A DNA stretch of 54,088 bases, taken from assembly GCA_000320545.1 (NCBI GenBank), contig ADNK01002456.1, positions 1 to 54,088 of the forward strand, read 5' to 3'. How positions within the stretch are numbered: position 1 is the first letter of the stretch; the number at the start of each line of letters is the position of its first letter. This stretch comes from Bigelowiella natans CCMP2755 (lineage: Eukaryota > Protista > Cercozoa). The position numbers were made by a program, and so were the translations under genes. The notes beneath the pieces were generated by a model. That model was not told the origin of the DNA, did no database searches, and was given only the letters and a program-made list of their open reading frames with translations. Positions 25,184-37,845 of this stretch are shown one piece after another.

Positions 25184-28100
25184 CTGTAGGCCAAACTACG
25201 AAGAAGCTCCTTCATTGACCACGAATTCACAGAAGAGGAAGAAAAAATGCTTGGTTGTAGTTGAGTAGTAGTAGTAGTAGAAGAAGGAGAATAGAAGGGA
25301 GAGGAGGAAAGAGGGAGATTAAGAGTACAAGTAGTAGCATTAGCATTGTTGTAGTAGGAATTCTAGCAATTCTAGTGTGCTCCTCATGCACACACGTGCA
25401 CATGGGAATATACTGCCAACAATCATTGGAAATATAAACGTACTGCTGCTTCTCACTAACAAGTAAATAAAATCCATGATAGGTAAATCGTCTGCGAACG
25501 TGGATCCCTCTGCAGCCCTTGCATGCAAACATTTTGCTGTCAAAGTCAAGCAGGTGATTCCATGACTAAGTGTTACCAGTAACATTAATGAAATTGTCAC
25601 GTGAGGTCAGAATTTGTGATGAGAATGTGGAATATTTGTTAGGATAATAATAGCCATAGTAATAACACACATTTATCATCTACAACAATAATCATATGGG
25701 TGAAGTGGTGTTGTATATCACTTTTGTCAAAGATATGATGATATTATTTTTGTCATTATTTTTGATAATGTTAATAATAATAAGATAATGGGGTGATAGT
25801 GATAGTGCAACGGTTGTAATGTGTTAGAAAATGGAGAAATCGCTTCAGCGAAGAAGATCTTCCCTTTGTGTGATGAAGGTAGCCATTGCGTAGTAGTAGT
25901 AGTTTTTAGATGGTGTTGATAGAAGGTTAAAGATGCTGCCTATTATGTGATGAAACTGCTAATCTTTGAATACTACCCATCATCTGATTGTTGTAAAAAC
26001 TAGTGCCCTCAATCAGTGACAAACTGTTATAATAACTATATATTGCTTGACGTATCATCGTTGTTTGTTACATCGCTTCAGGATCGCACCGAAGGATGGA
26101 TGTCTGTCAATGGGGATTCTCCAGAAGTATTACTACTACTAGTAGTAGTAGTAGTCTAGTAGTAGTAATAGTAGCAGCAGCATATACTGGGATTAATACC
26201 AAAGAGCGTACTGGCTTTGAAGAACTTTTTATATTGTACATATTCATGTGTGGGAGCCCCGTAAATACTTTTTATATTGTACATATTCATGTGTGGGAGC
26301 CCCGTAAATTCTGTTAATGAAAAATTAATGATCCAAAATTTTATTTGAGGCGTTGACACAACCAAGTTCTTTTATAATTGAGGTTACTTTTTCAATTTTC
26401 TATTCGATGACAGTGAATTTTGATTCAGATAATACGAGCGAAGAAACATGAGTTAATGCTGGAGGAAAAACACAAACTTCAAAACGTATGACTCAACTTA
26501 CCATCCCCTCATTGTTTAGGGAAGGAAAATATCCAAATATAATGCAAATTAATTCTTTTGTTTTTCACTTGGTAGTTGAGGAAAGAAAAGCTTCGAAGAG
26601 ATCAAGCTTGGAGATTACGATCAAATGCGGAGAATTCATCAATGACAGAGAGCTTAATATCATCAGAGACACCGAAAAGAATTATCAGGTGGTGAGGGGG
26701 AATAGTAACAGATTTATTACATGCAAAATGTGTAGTTGCAGATAGAACGTGCTACGGAGTAGATGGGGGTGTGGACATCTCCCTATCACAATGTGTCTAT
26801 AATTTATTGTCATTTTCTCCGTAATCTGAATTCCTTTTTCATTTGTTCCAATAGCTGATGAATTTAACGACTTTTGCATTATCATCGTCATCATCGTCGT
26901 AATCATCATATCAGAGTGAAGCCCGATAGATCAAAAGCGTTCGAGACCTTTAATGCAGAGTAATAATGAGTCGTAGCGATCGTAATTACAGTAATAACAT
27001 ACCGGAACAATCAGAGTAGTAGATTGCTGTGTTTTACTACTTATTCCCGTATCATTATTCTTTATTATCTTACTTACTTGTTGTTTAATCTCATAGTGAT
27101 GATAGAATACTGAAAATAAAGAAGAAGGCTCAGGAAGAAGAAAACGAACTAAAGGTCAGTATAATTGTATAAGGCTAAGCTCGTATTGAGAAGCATGTGC
27201 TTGAACACAGCTGCAGAAGGTTCGGGAGAGGCGCCGCGAAGCACAGGTGCGGAATGAACTTTATGAATCATAGAGGAGGAAATTACGATAATAAACTATC
27301 TTTCTTACAGCAAATAAAAAGAATGATCACCATGATCATCATCATCATAATAAAATTGGAATTGTTGATTGTTGTTGTTGTTCTAGGAAGCTAAAGAAGC
27401 TCGTCGTCAACAAATGCATGCAGCACTGTCGACAAAGAGGAGCGTGTCACCAAAATTGAGGAACATCTATAGCAGTTTTTTCTCTGAAGCAGAAATACAA
27501 TTGATGATTCCCATGCTGGTAGTGGCTCACCATCACCAAAATCTTCGAGGTAGTAGTACTAAAATTTCCGAGCCGCCGCTGCTGCGGTAGCTGCTGCTGC
27601 CTGCTTTCAGAATGGATGATCTATAGTACTGATTTAGACACAAATCATCAATCAGCATAAGACAAATATTTTTTCTGCTGACTGGCTGTTTGTCAAAGAG
27701 CTACAGTCTTAATTTCTTATCGTGCAGCAAAGTAGTAATAACAACAACAAGCGGTAAACCAGAAGTGTGAACTAGCTTCTGGTTGGGTTCGTAGCAGTAC
27801 AAGTTGTGTCAAGTAGCAAACGAAAATTTTCATATAAATCATCACCATTCATCATTGTGTTGAGTTTCATTCTTTTTCTTCTACTCTCTGCCGACTTTTT
27901 ATTTTCTTCTCTTTGCAAATTTTCATCATTAGGATGAGAAAGAAGATGCTCAAGAAAAGTAAAAGCATACATTTAAGGTTGTTAAATATTGCACAATATT
28001 CCCACTCAATGTGACAGCTCACGAAGAGAATTTGTACCTTGTATTTTTGTATCCACGTGTGTATATATGCGTAATATTATCAATTATTCTTGCAAATATT

Positions 28101-28200
28101 TTACAAACAAACTCAAACAAGATATCCAGCACATTCATTGTTGTTATCACTGTCATCTTCACAACAATCATTTGCTGTATAATTATCACACACGCACGCA

Positions 28201-28259
<59 letters not shown>

Positions 28260-29384
28260 AAACATTATTACATTTATCAAGAGACTTGCTGATGTTTCCA
28301 ATCCAATTATTGAACACTGTGTCTTCATCTTTTTCCTTGTTATTTATCTTCTTTTCTGTTTAATCCACAGCAGTCCTAAAAGTGCGCCTGCTTTCAGTCC
28401 GAGCAACAGGAATATTTCTCCAAAAGGCAGTGGCTCGAAAGCAACAAGAAAAACCCTTCGGAAGGTAATTATATATGGAAGAGTAGCAACTTAGAAATTG
28501 TCCTACTGTTTATCAAACATTAGCGACATTCATGCCTACTAAATATTGGCTGTTGATGGTGTTGTTGCATTTTTTGTTGCATGTTCACTGCGTAGGCACG
28601 TACTCCTACAATTAGCATAAGCACCAAGAAGAAGTTCGTTTGGGGGTAGTACTTAAATAGTGCATTTAGTAGTTGTAGTTGCAGTAGTAGTAGTAGTTGC
28701 AGTAGTAGTTGTCGTAGTTGAAGTACCGATAGCAGCACAGTCGTAGAGCTGCTCATGTTTTGTGTTTGGCTACATATTTCATATGAAACAAATAAAAGTC
28801 CTTATTTTTCTTCCGCTACAGCTTGTGTTCTCTAGCCATTTTTCTTTTGTGTGAAAGGGCATTGACAAGCTAACTCCGCATTACTTAATCATGAATAAGA
28901 TCGCACGCATCTAAAATAGTGACGATGATCAGGATATCAAAATCAAATACCCACATGAAGGAAAAAAGTCCATACTCCTCATCAAAACCTGGTATTAGGG
29001 CGAAGAAGAATTCGCCAGTGACAAGAAAAGGAAATAAAAAAAAATCATCTGGTGTGAGAATTACCAACAATGAGTTAACAGAGGTAATAAGGAGGTTTTG
29101 CGCGTTTGAATTCCCCTTATTAGCTTGTATTGATGTCCATGTGCGCATGGATGTAATTGTGTACATTTGTATATGCAAGAGTAAGTACTTCGTGAAAGCA
29201 TAATATTTTCAGCAGTAAAAGTCCATAAGAGAAAGAGATGAAATAAAGTTGAGCGAATGTTTGAAGTTTTAACAAATTAAGCGAATTAATGCAAAGTTAT
29301 GCATGCGCTCACGAATTGTCTTTTCTTCAGGTTGAAACGCAACAAAGAAAGTTTGAGTCTTGGCTTAGCAGTTTTGACTATTGA
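21882..29384 (+). CDS. Hypothetical charged/coiled-coil protein, many short exons
   Basis: AG/GT-flanked exons: MMMIRSPEDAVSDHQFKRGKSKQ, MIEMKQRLQEEDIQ, RNAPTAEELRLKRQMLDEEEQRRQQIIES, ELVTPNADTREIITQKLK, ALADMEKERHRKVKLRREE, AKLRRSSFIDHEF, KMEKSLQRRRSSL, VETQQRKFESWLSSFDY*. Confidence 0.6.
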
Positions 29385-29699
29385 ATATTAGCAATGAAAA
29401 ATTTTCGAGTAGTTGGTTGTGTTACAAATGTGGTAATTTTTCTTAAATAAAAAATTCAGAAACCTGCAAAAAATGCACTTGAATTGTCACATGTCCATTT
29501 AACCTCTGGTATTTTGACACATCTAGATATGTTCATCGTACATTTCTTCATTCATTGATTTGTAGAACACAACTTCAAAATTAGCTCTGCGCGTGCGTGG
29601 TTGCTAGATTGCTAATTTTGCCGCAATTCAAGTTTGTGTCAATCTTTCGGTGGCATCATGAATCAGCGTGCGTAGCTAGCTATGGGGCTAGATGGAAAA

Positions 29700-31020
29700 T
29701 CTTGTGAAGAAAAGTGGAACGAATGATGACCGCCTTGCGCGTCGATTCACCTCACTGAGTGCATCAGCATGGGTCAACATGACACGCACACGCATGTGCA
29801 TGCATTGGGACTGCTGAAGACCTCACACTAGCACATGCATGACAAGGACCGCCTTCACTGTGGACGTTGTTGGATGAAAGCAAGCGTTCATTTGCATGCT
29901 AGCATGTTCCATGGGCACCAGAGCAAGGTGTTGACAAGCCCTCACAATGAAGTTTTTCCAGTTTTTGTTTGCATTGTGGCCGCTGCTGCAACCAAGCTCA
30001 CAATGACGAGCAGCAATTCGTTGATGATGTGCGTCACTTCATGTTGGAGGGCCAGAGCTAGCAGAGGGGGCAGCATGAGGACGTGAAGTTCCAGAGTTTC
30101 TGGTCTGCCAACACCACTGCTAGACTGCACGGCACGAGCACAATCATTGGTTGATGACTTGAATCACGATGAACAATGAGTGAATTGAACACTGAGCACT
30201 GACTGGCACACGAAACAACATCGGAGCCCTCTCGGCGGTTCTGGGGTTCAGACGTTCTGGCGGCACGTGTGTCGTGGCTTGTTTGGTGCATGTGTGGACA
30301 TGAACAGAGCATGTGTGCTTTCCAAGTGCGTGTGGTGTGACATTGCTAGCGTTGGCCACAACACTACGTTGCACTTTTTTGGGCGATGAAAGTTCATCGA
30401 ACCCTGGTCGCATGAGTGAATTGGCAAAGCATGCATTTTTCAGATGCACCAATCCAGCAATGGAATTGCTTTGTTCACTCACTCACTCGTTCTTTTGTGC
30501 AACAAACGATCGCGACATCCAGCAAGACTTGAACGATTGCATGAGTGAACGAATGGTGAACGAAGCAGTTCCAATGGTGCAGTTGAAAGGATTTGGACTC
30601 ACACAACCAACAGCGAGATCTCTGCACATTGAACGGATTGCGACTTGAACAAGTGCATGAAAGAACGAATGAATGAACGAACGAAGCAATGTTCCAGGAC
30701 AGGGCGGGCTAGCGGGGTGCAGCCGAGTGAACAATGAACAATGAACAATGATGACGAGCCACACTTCCAAAATGTTGCAAGACGTTTGCAGTGTGCGAAA
30801 TGCAGTGCCTCGAACTGGCTTCAGTGAGGACTGTGACTAGCAAATCAACTAGCTGGTTGAGTGAGTGAAAAGTGATTCCAATGCCAGAATGGTGCAGCTG
30901 CAAGGATCAGCTGGAAAGATCATCAGAAATTTGGAAACAATTTCTGTGGAAGTGTTTTGAAAATGATGCATGAATGAAGGGGAGCGGTTGAAAGGATCAT
31001 GGATGTGCTGACTCACAACA
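29700..31020. mobile_element. TpA-erased repeat/transposon relic
   Basis: 30759-30832 is homologous (inverted) to 36491-36565, and GCGGGCTAGCGGG is shared with ~36968. Frames are broken. Confidence 0.5.
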
Positions 31021-31190
31021 GCCATTGTGTGACGTGTGCATAGCAGCAGCAGCAGCATTGATGGGAAATCCAGGAAATGGCATGTGTTTTGCGCCTAATT
31101 CGATCCAATTCTCATGTCGCAGCAAGCATCTCGAGATCCCAACCATCAAACCAACTCATAATTCATTCTTCTGCAGCACCCTCGCACAAG

Positions 31191-32185
31191 ATGATTGTTC
31201 GCATGTTCAACAATGCTCGGAGATTGAGGATGGGATTTCCCAAAAGACTCCTTTCCATTCCACGCAATGGTGAGAAAACTGGGAACGACTTGGTGATTCG
31301 GACGTTTGACGAGGATGGCGGTGACTGGGAAACAATTTGGCCTGAGATCATTAAGCCGATCGTCAGGGCTGGCGAAACGTCAGTGTGCTCGACCACGAAC
31401 ATCTCTTTGTCTCTGTGACTGAAAATATTCTTTTACATGTGAAGGTACACGTACGATAGAAACTCCAGCGAAGATTGCATAAAAACGGTTGTAATCTACC
31501 TTACCAGAAACGACCATTCCAAAATCATCAATTGTGCAAACCCGCACATGTGCACTTACAAATGTCAACAAGTGACTTGAATTACACGTGTAAGTGTATA
31601 AACATGCATGCTAGACATGCACACAACGTACATCCGTTGTGCTTGTGTGCTGTATCATACTTCAGGAATGGATACACAAACCACATAGAACATACGTTGC
31701 AGAAGTTGACGGGAAGGTCTAACCTCACAAAACAACCATAATGCTTGTAAGTCGTGACCAAACTACATGGTCTACAGATCCTTGGTACTTACTACGTGAA
31801 GAAGAATTACACGGGAGGAGCTTCCCATATATGCAATTGTGGGTACATGTCATCTCCACGTGCACAAGGGCGGGGCATAGCGACAGCAATGTGCTCACAC
31901 TCCCTTTCTGAGGCTCTCAGACTAGGCTACAAAGCAATGCAATTTAATTTCGTTCTGGAATCCAATCACGGGGCACTGCGTTTGTGGGAGAAACTGGTCC
32001 GAACATCAATTTCATTCATTAGGATGTAACAAACGTATGTCATCTTTTGTATTTTTTTCCTTTCATTTTGGTGAAAATTTTAGGGCTTCCGGACGATAGG
32101 AGAGATTCCTAAAGCCTTTGACCATCCAAAGTTTGGTCTAGTGAATGCAGTCATCATGTACAAGTGGCTTCTATCTGAGCGATAA
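31191..32185 (+). CDS. GNAT-family N-acetyltransferase (bacterial/Mpr1-like), 5 exons, possible mitochondrial presequence
   Basis: WETIWPEIIKPIVRAGET|YTYDRN...|EWIHKPHRTYVAEVDGK|ILGTYYVKKNYTGGASHICNCGY...RAQGRGIA (acetyl-CoA motif A)...GYKAMQFNFVLESNHGALRLWEKL|GFRTIGEIPKAFDHPKFGLVNAVIMYKWL. Confidence 0.9.
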
Positions 32186-33217
32186 CAAAAAATGAAAAAA
32201 ATATGTTGTTGAGCATTTAGCAACATTTTTCAGTTTCTTGTTGAAGAACTTGCTTTGGGGTTAAGATTCAGGAAGCTTCTCATTGACTATGATGCATGAT
32301 CGATTGTATGTGGAGCGATTTCAATGCATCAGTGTTTTTGCATCAACAAATTCATTTAAATTTGCATCGAAGCTAACAGGTGTGTGTATGTGTGTGTGTG
32401 TTTGCATGAATGTGCGTGCATGTGGATCAGTTCGCCGGTTCATGTACGTAGTGATGGGCATGTGTATATATGGAGACGACTAGACAATGTATGCTAGCGC
32501 GATTTTGTGATAATCGCGGTCACGTAGCGTGTGCAATGCTGCTGGACACGCTGCATGTGCGATCGAGGCTTCACGCCATTGCTTGTTATTGGCTGGTTGC
32601 ACATTGCGTGCTAGCTGGCTGGCGCACAAGCATCAAGTGGTGCGCACGCTAACATGTCAATGCACCAAAATGGTAAGTGGAAGCTAGCAGCCAGCAGCAA
32701 GTGACATCTTTGTTGCAGCAGTGCTAGCAGATTTTTGTGTTGTATATCGCATATGTAACTAATGATAAAGAAAATTTGAATCGATCTTGTGCACAATAAT
32801 GCATGTAGTAGGTACGCACTGACGAGCTCGGGCACGCCTAGACGCCATTTGCACGCAGCCACAACAGGAGCGAAGTAACAGCTTGCAACAACATTTCAAT
32901 ACACACTTGGCGCAGAGTACACACACATTTAGTGAGAGCGCGTGTGCGGTGCACAGTTGCGAAGCATGTAAAAATGCAGACAACATGCACTCTATCGTCA
33001 CAATGTGAGTTGTGTAAGTAGGTATATTGTCGTACCACCATCACCACCAGATGCCTGCTTTACATTGCGTTGTGGTCATGGCATTGTTCGATGATGCTAC
33101 GTTCAAAATTCCATTTTTGTAGGTGGGTTAGACACCACATATGATGTACTACTACTTACTACAAATGATGATGATACGCTGAGGTGCGCCTTGCATCTCA
33201 ATGTCGTCAAATCCCAA

Positions 33218-33572
33218 CTAAACTGTATTTATTTCTTGCGTTTTTTTGGTGATTGCCTGAGTCACAAGAAGTATCATCAGACAACACGGATGGTAGTATT
33301 TGTGATTATGGTCACTCTAATATTAGAATAAATAAGGACAATGGTTGTATTACCTCTTCTACCCTTTTGATAGCAGCGTCTGTAAGCTTTTGAACGTCAT
33401 TTTTCAGTTGAAACTATTATTGATTTTTACCAGTAAGAATTATTGTTATCATCATTTGATCTTTTATCACTCATGGTTGGATCATCATAATTGATCTATG
33501 CTTCACACCACATAGGGCAGACAGGATTTTGAAGTACAACTAAACATAATAGACAATCCCCATTATTATGAT

Positions 33573-33605
<33 letters not shown>

Positions 33606-33821
33606 AGGTATAGTAATAGTGCCAGATTGAGCACAACTGAAGCTACTACAACTTACTATACTACTACAAGTTGTAGTATAACCTGATCGTCCTTCGTCAA
33701 CCCAGCTTCTTTTATTTCATTAAGTGCTTTGTGACGAACATCACGAATTCGTGTCTTCATTTTTTCAGCCTTAAACATGATGTATATCTGTAAGATTTGT
33801 GGTCGGTGGTAGAACATTCTG

Positions 33822-33864
<43 letters not shown>

Positions 33865-33871
33865 TCTCTCT

Positions 33872-33906
<35 letters not shown>

Positions 33907-33924
33907 TACATATACATACATATT

Positions 33925-33968
<44 letters not shown>

Positions 33969-34363
33969 GCACACACTACTTCTACATACATACGCACACC
34001 TCCACTTTGACCGCCTTGGCAATTTCGTTCCTAGAGTACGATGAATAACGATACAATGATGGTGATGATAATAACACCTAATGATACTAAATAATTATGC
34101 TGCAATGAAAGTACACTGCTACTTGATACTATATAATTATGCTGATATACTTCCATTGCATCATTACTACCATCATTCCACTTTGTTTTCCTACTCCTAC
34201 CTCGATTGACTACTCCTCCTACCTCGATTCTGCAGTGGCTTTTGGAAACGTCACAATTACGCGGTTTCCTGATTATTTTACGTATATCATTAATCCAAAA
34301 ATGATAATTAATGATTACAGACATTAGACCGCCGACGCTATACCAGTCCCCCTTCCCTAGGTG

Positions 34364-34398
<35 letters not shown>

Positions 34399-34616
34399 TT
34401 CATATATCTCATACTGTTGTGTTCTTCACTACTTCCACCATATGTAGCAAACACCTTCAATCTTTGCTGCTACGTTCAATTTATCACTGTTTCTAAGGCT
34501 GCATAACAACAAAGAAGAAGCAAATTGAAGAGGCAGCAAATCAAGAAAAGAAAAATAAGCCTCACAGAAAATGCGAAACAGAGTGTAATACACCCATACA
34601 AGTGCTGATGCTGCAG

Positions 34617-34647
<31 letters not shown>

Positions 34648-35977
34648 CACTACTTCCAACTTGAAACTATGATAATGCGACACGACGCTCTTTTGACATA
34701 TAATAAGCTGCTACTACTACAACTACTTATACGGCAAGCTACCCTGCATCAATATCTGGAACAGTAGAAGGATCATGTGCCGTCACGACGAGATTATGTG
34801 CGTCTCTTACGCTTATTTGCCCCACAGACTAGGATGGATGCAGCACACATAATAATAATGATATATCTATCAAATGATGAAGATCAATCATTCTTCGAAC
34901 AATATAGTAGGGGCAACAGCAGCAGGAGAAATAATCAACTACCTTGACTGGGGTGGGAGCTCCATATACCTTAATTTTCACATCTTCGATCTGTGTGGAG
35001 CAAAGAGGAGTAAGAATGTGAGAAGAACCAGTTATAAGATGTAGTAGCATTCTGAAGATGACAAAAGGATCAACATTCTCCTACTCATCATAAGAGGTAG
35101 TAGTATTCTGAAAATGACAAAAGGATCAACATTCTTCTCCCGCTCCTCCTCCTCCTCTTTACTACTTGTTCTGGTGTGGCTCTTCCTGCTCGAAACCTTT
35201 TCAACTCTTCCTCCAGTTCTTCCACAACGAGTGACATCTCCTAAAATATATATAATATGCTGAGAACGAGAGCAATAGCACTGAGGCTGATAGCAAAACA
35301 TAGTAGTAGATGTGGTGGTGATAGTAACAAATGAACAAAAAGTAAGAATTCATTACATCAAGATATGCTCATTTCAAACCTCTTCATAAATCTCAAGCTC
35401 AATTTCAACGGCAGAATCATCTACTTCTTCTGCATCCTCAGCGTTTGCTTCTCTTTTCTTCTTCTTTGAATTATTATCAGATGATTTTCCAGACTATCAC
35501 AAACACAAACAAGAGAGGAGGAGGAGGAGAGATATAAGAGAAGAGGTAAAGATGAAAATATCAGGATGAAAATAAAACAGTATCATTCATTGCTTCATAT
35601 TCAGGATCAGAGAAGGAAACGTGTGACATCAGCACCACCACCTTCGCTCCCCCTCCTTTCTTCTTTTTTGCGAAGTATCTTCGAGAGGCTGGTGTGATAG
35701 TGATATCTCCTCCAAATGAACCGTCATTCCTTGTCTGTCTTCCTAGAATACTAGGGAGAAACGGCGCAATCGTTGTCCTCGGTAACATCATCATCGTTGA
35801 TGATGCATATGGCCTCCTCCTCTCGCTGGTGGCAGTAGAAGTTGTAAGTTGAAATGCCATGCAGTTGGCTGCTACTGCCTCCATTGCACCCTGCTGCTGC
35901 TGTGGTGTTTTTCGAACTAGTTGTAGCAACTTGTTGCTCATTGCCGTTCTCCTTATCATCATCATCGTTCTCATCAT
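33218..35977 (-). CDS. frr: Organellar (probably mitochondrial) ribosome recycling factor, multi-exon
   Basis: Long Arg/Ser/Thr-rich presequence ending RRYFAKKKKGG, then LEEELKRFRAGRATPEQ|IEDVKIKVYG, GQISVRDAHNLVVTAHDP, VTFPKATAESR|NEIAKAVK, AEKMKTRIRDVRHKALNEIK...TKDDQ, NDVQKLTDAAIKK. Confidence 0.88.
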
Positions 35978-36249
35978 CGTGATAGACTTGAGGGGATTAA
36001 CCTGGAAAACACCTCGTTAGCGTGGGGGTTTTTATCAACAACCTCAGTTACCCCCCCCCCCATGGATCTTTCCTCCTCCCCTTTTTTGTATCTTGTTCTC
36101 GGTGCCTCTCTATGCACAGTGTTGCAACAACCTTAAAGAGGCTCCTCCTGTTTCGTAATAGGTCTTATGAAAACAAGAACAGCTCTCCTCAATCCTTACT
36201 GGACCACGCACTCGATGATCTCGTGGATGTGGGGAGGATTAAGAGTGTT

Positions 36250-37680
36250 ATGCACTATGTTGCTATGTTGGGCCACCTGAAAATAATTATAAGATATATT
36301 CGGTATAATGATTTGAATGCAATGATGAAGAAAGGAGCGAACATCGCATGTGGCAGAAAAATATGTGTTCCATCTCCATTAGTAATAGCTGGTGTCCTTT
36401 TTGATCATTTTCTTGATCAAAACCTCCAAAACGTGGTCTCCATTCTTCTTCATGGAAATGCAGTCCGTCATCAATCCTGTTGGTCTTCACCATCCTCACT
36501 AGAGCTAGTTCGAGGCACCGCGTTGCGTGCATTGCAAACGTCTTGCAACGTTTTTGGAAATGTGGTTTTTCATCTTTGTCTTTGTCTTTGTCAAGTTCAT
36601 TGTGCGTGTTCCCTTGTGCAGTTTTTCATCGTTGTCTTTTTTTTCTTCTCTGCGCACTTGCTAAGTCACACCCTTTCTTTCTTCAGCCGCCAGACTTTCA
36701 AGTCCTCGCTTCATCGTTCTGGTTGGTTTCCAGTTCACTTCGTGTGTTGCTTGAGGCGCGCCTTCATCAGTTGATTGCCTGCGACCCTTTTGGCCTTGTT
36801 TTTCCATGCATCCGATTGATGCAATCAAATGAAAAATGCAATGATTGAATTGATCAGCGCACTGCCAAGGCGCCGTCTGATGCATGTTGTGTCCCTGTCG
36901 TCTCAGCCTCATCTGGAGTTCACAAACCACAGACATTGTCTGGCGGGCGCCCCAGAGCTCAAGGGGTGCGGGCTAGCGGGTTTGCGGACACAGCAATCGC
37001 AGGCGCCCTGCGGCCCTGCCGAGCGCCGCCGGCCGAAGCTGACTTGCGGAAATGGCTTCTCTTGGCGCGTTGCGCCATTTCCGCATTTCACCAAGCCAAA
37101 ACACAGCATTTTTCTGAAATTCAGTGAAATCTGCAACGGAAACTTGCAAACTTCACTGCAACCACCAGCAAATTTCTCGCGCTCCGCGCGAGAAAAACAC
37201 CCCTTTGGCCGCAAAACCCTCATTTCCGCCCCCCTTGATCTCTGGATCACCCTGGCATGTGTGCTGCGCATTGCACGCAAGTTGTGTCCATTGTCAATGC
37301 AACATTCCCGCACCTGCTAGCCTGGCACGGGCAAACTGGACAAGAGCGAGCGGGAGAGGAGAGCTGCAACTTGATGATCATTGCATGCACTTGTTGTGTT
37401 GATGAATCGATTTTTGCAACGATGTGTGGCACATGGCCTCAGCTACCACGGGCTGAGGTGGTGGTTGGAATGTTTGATCGAATCATTGGATGGCCACGCG
37501 CATCCGCAAAGCGCTCTCTGCGGAATGTTCCATGCGCGTTCTTAGCGCAATTTTCGATGTTTTTGCGCACGCGTGCAAAGTTTGCAATCAACAACAGAAT
37601 TCATTTGGACAACCATCAACGCGTCGCATGGCTTGAGCGCGCACTTCACAGATCACACATCACGGACTAAAAATGCGGTT
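36250..37680 (-). mobile_element. Degenerate transposon-like relic, TpA-erased from ~36400 onward
   Basis: Homology to 30759-30832. Minus frame reads TFPKTLQDVCNARNAVPRT followed by stops. Contains a GC-rich perfect hairpin at 37173-37195. Family assignment is not secure. Confidence 0.45.
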
Positions 37681-37845
37681 GATTGCTTGTTCCAACGATG
37701 ACATTGGACACAACATAGTTTCGAAAATTATCAAATCAAACATCAATTGTGCGTGCCACACTACATCCACATTCACAATAATCGCTATCTTTACATGGTA
37801 ACTTTGTCCATCGTTTGCAAAAGATAGCTTCGGTTCCACCATATG

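Noticed and set aside
29701-31020. Classical RIP or CpG-methylation decay as the cause of TG/CA richness
   Set aside because: RIP would enrich TpA and 5mC decay would deplete CpG. Here TpA is lost, CpG is plentiful and CTAG is specifically spared.
36022-36774. 250-aa plus-strand ORF
   Set aside because: GTG start, no recognisable domain, antisense to the transposon-like relic, and partly kept open by loss of TAA/TAG.
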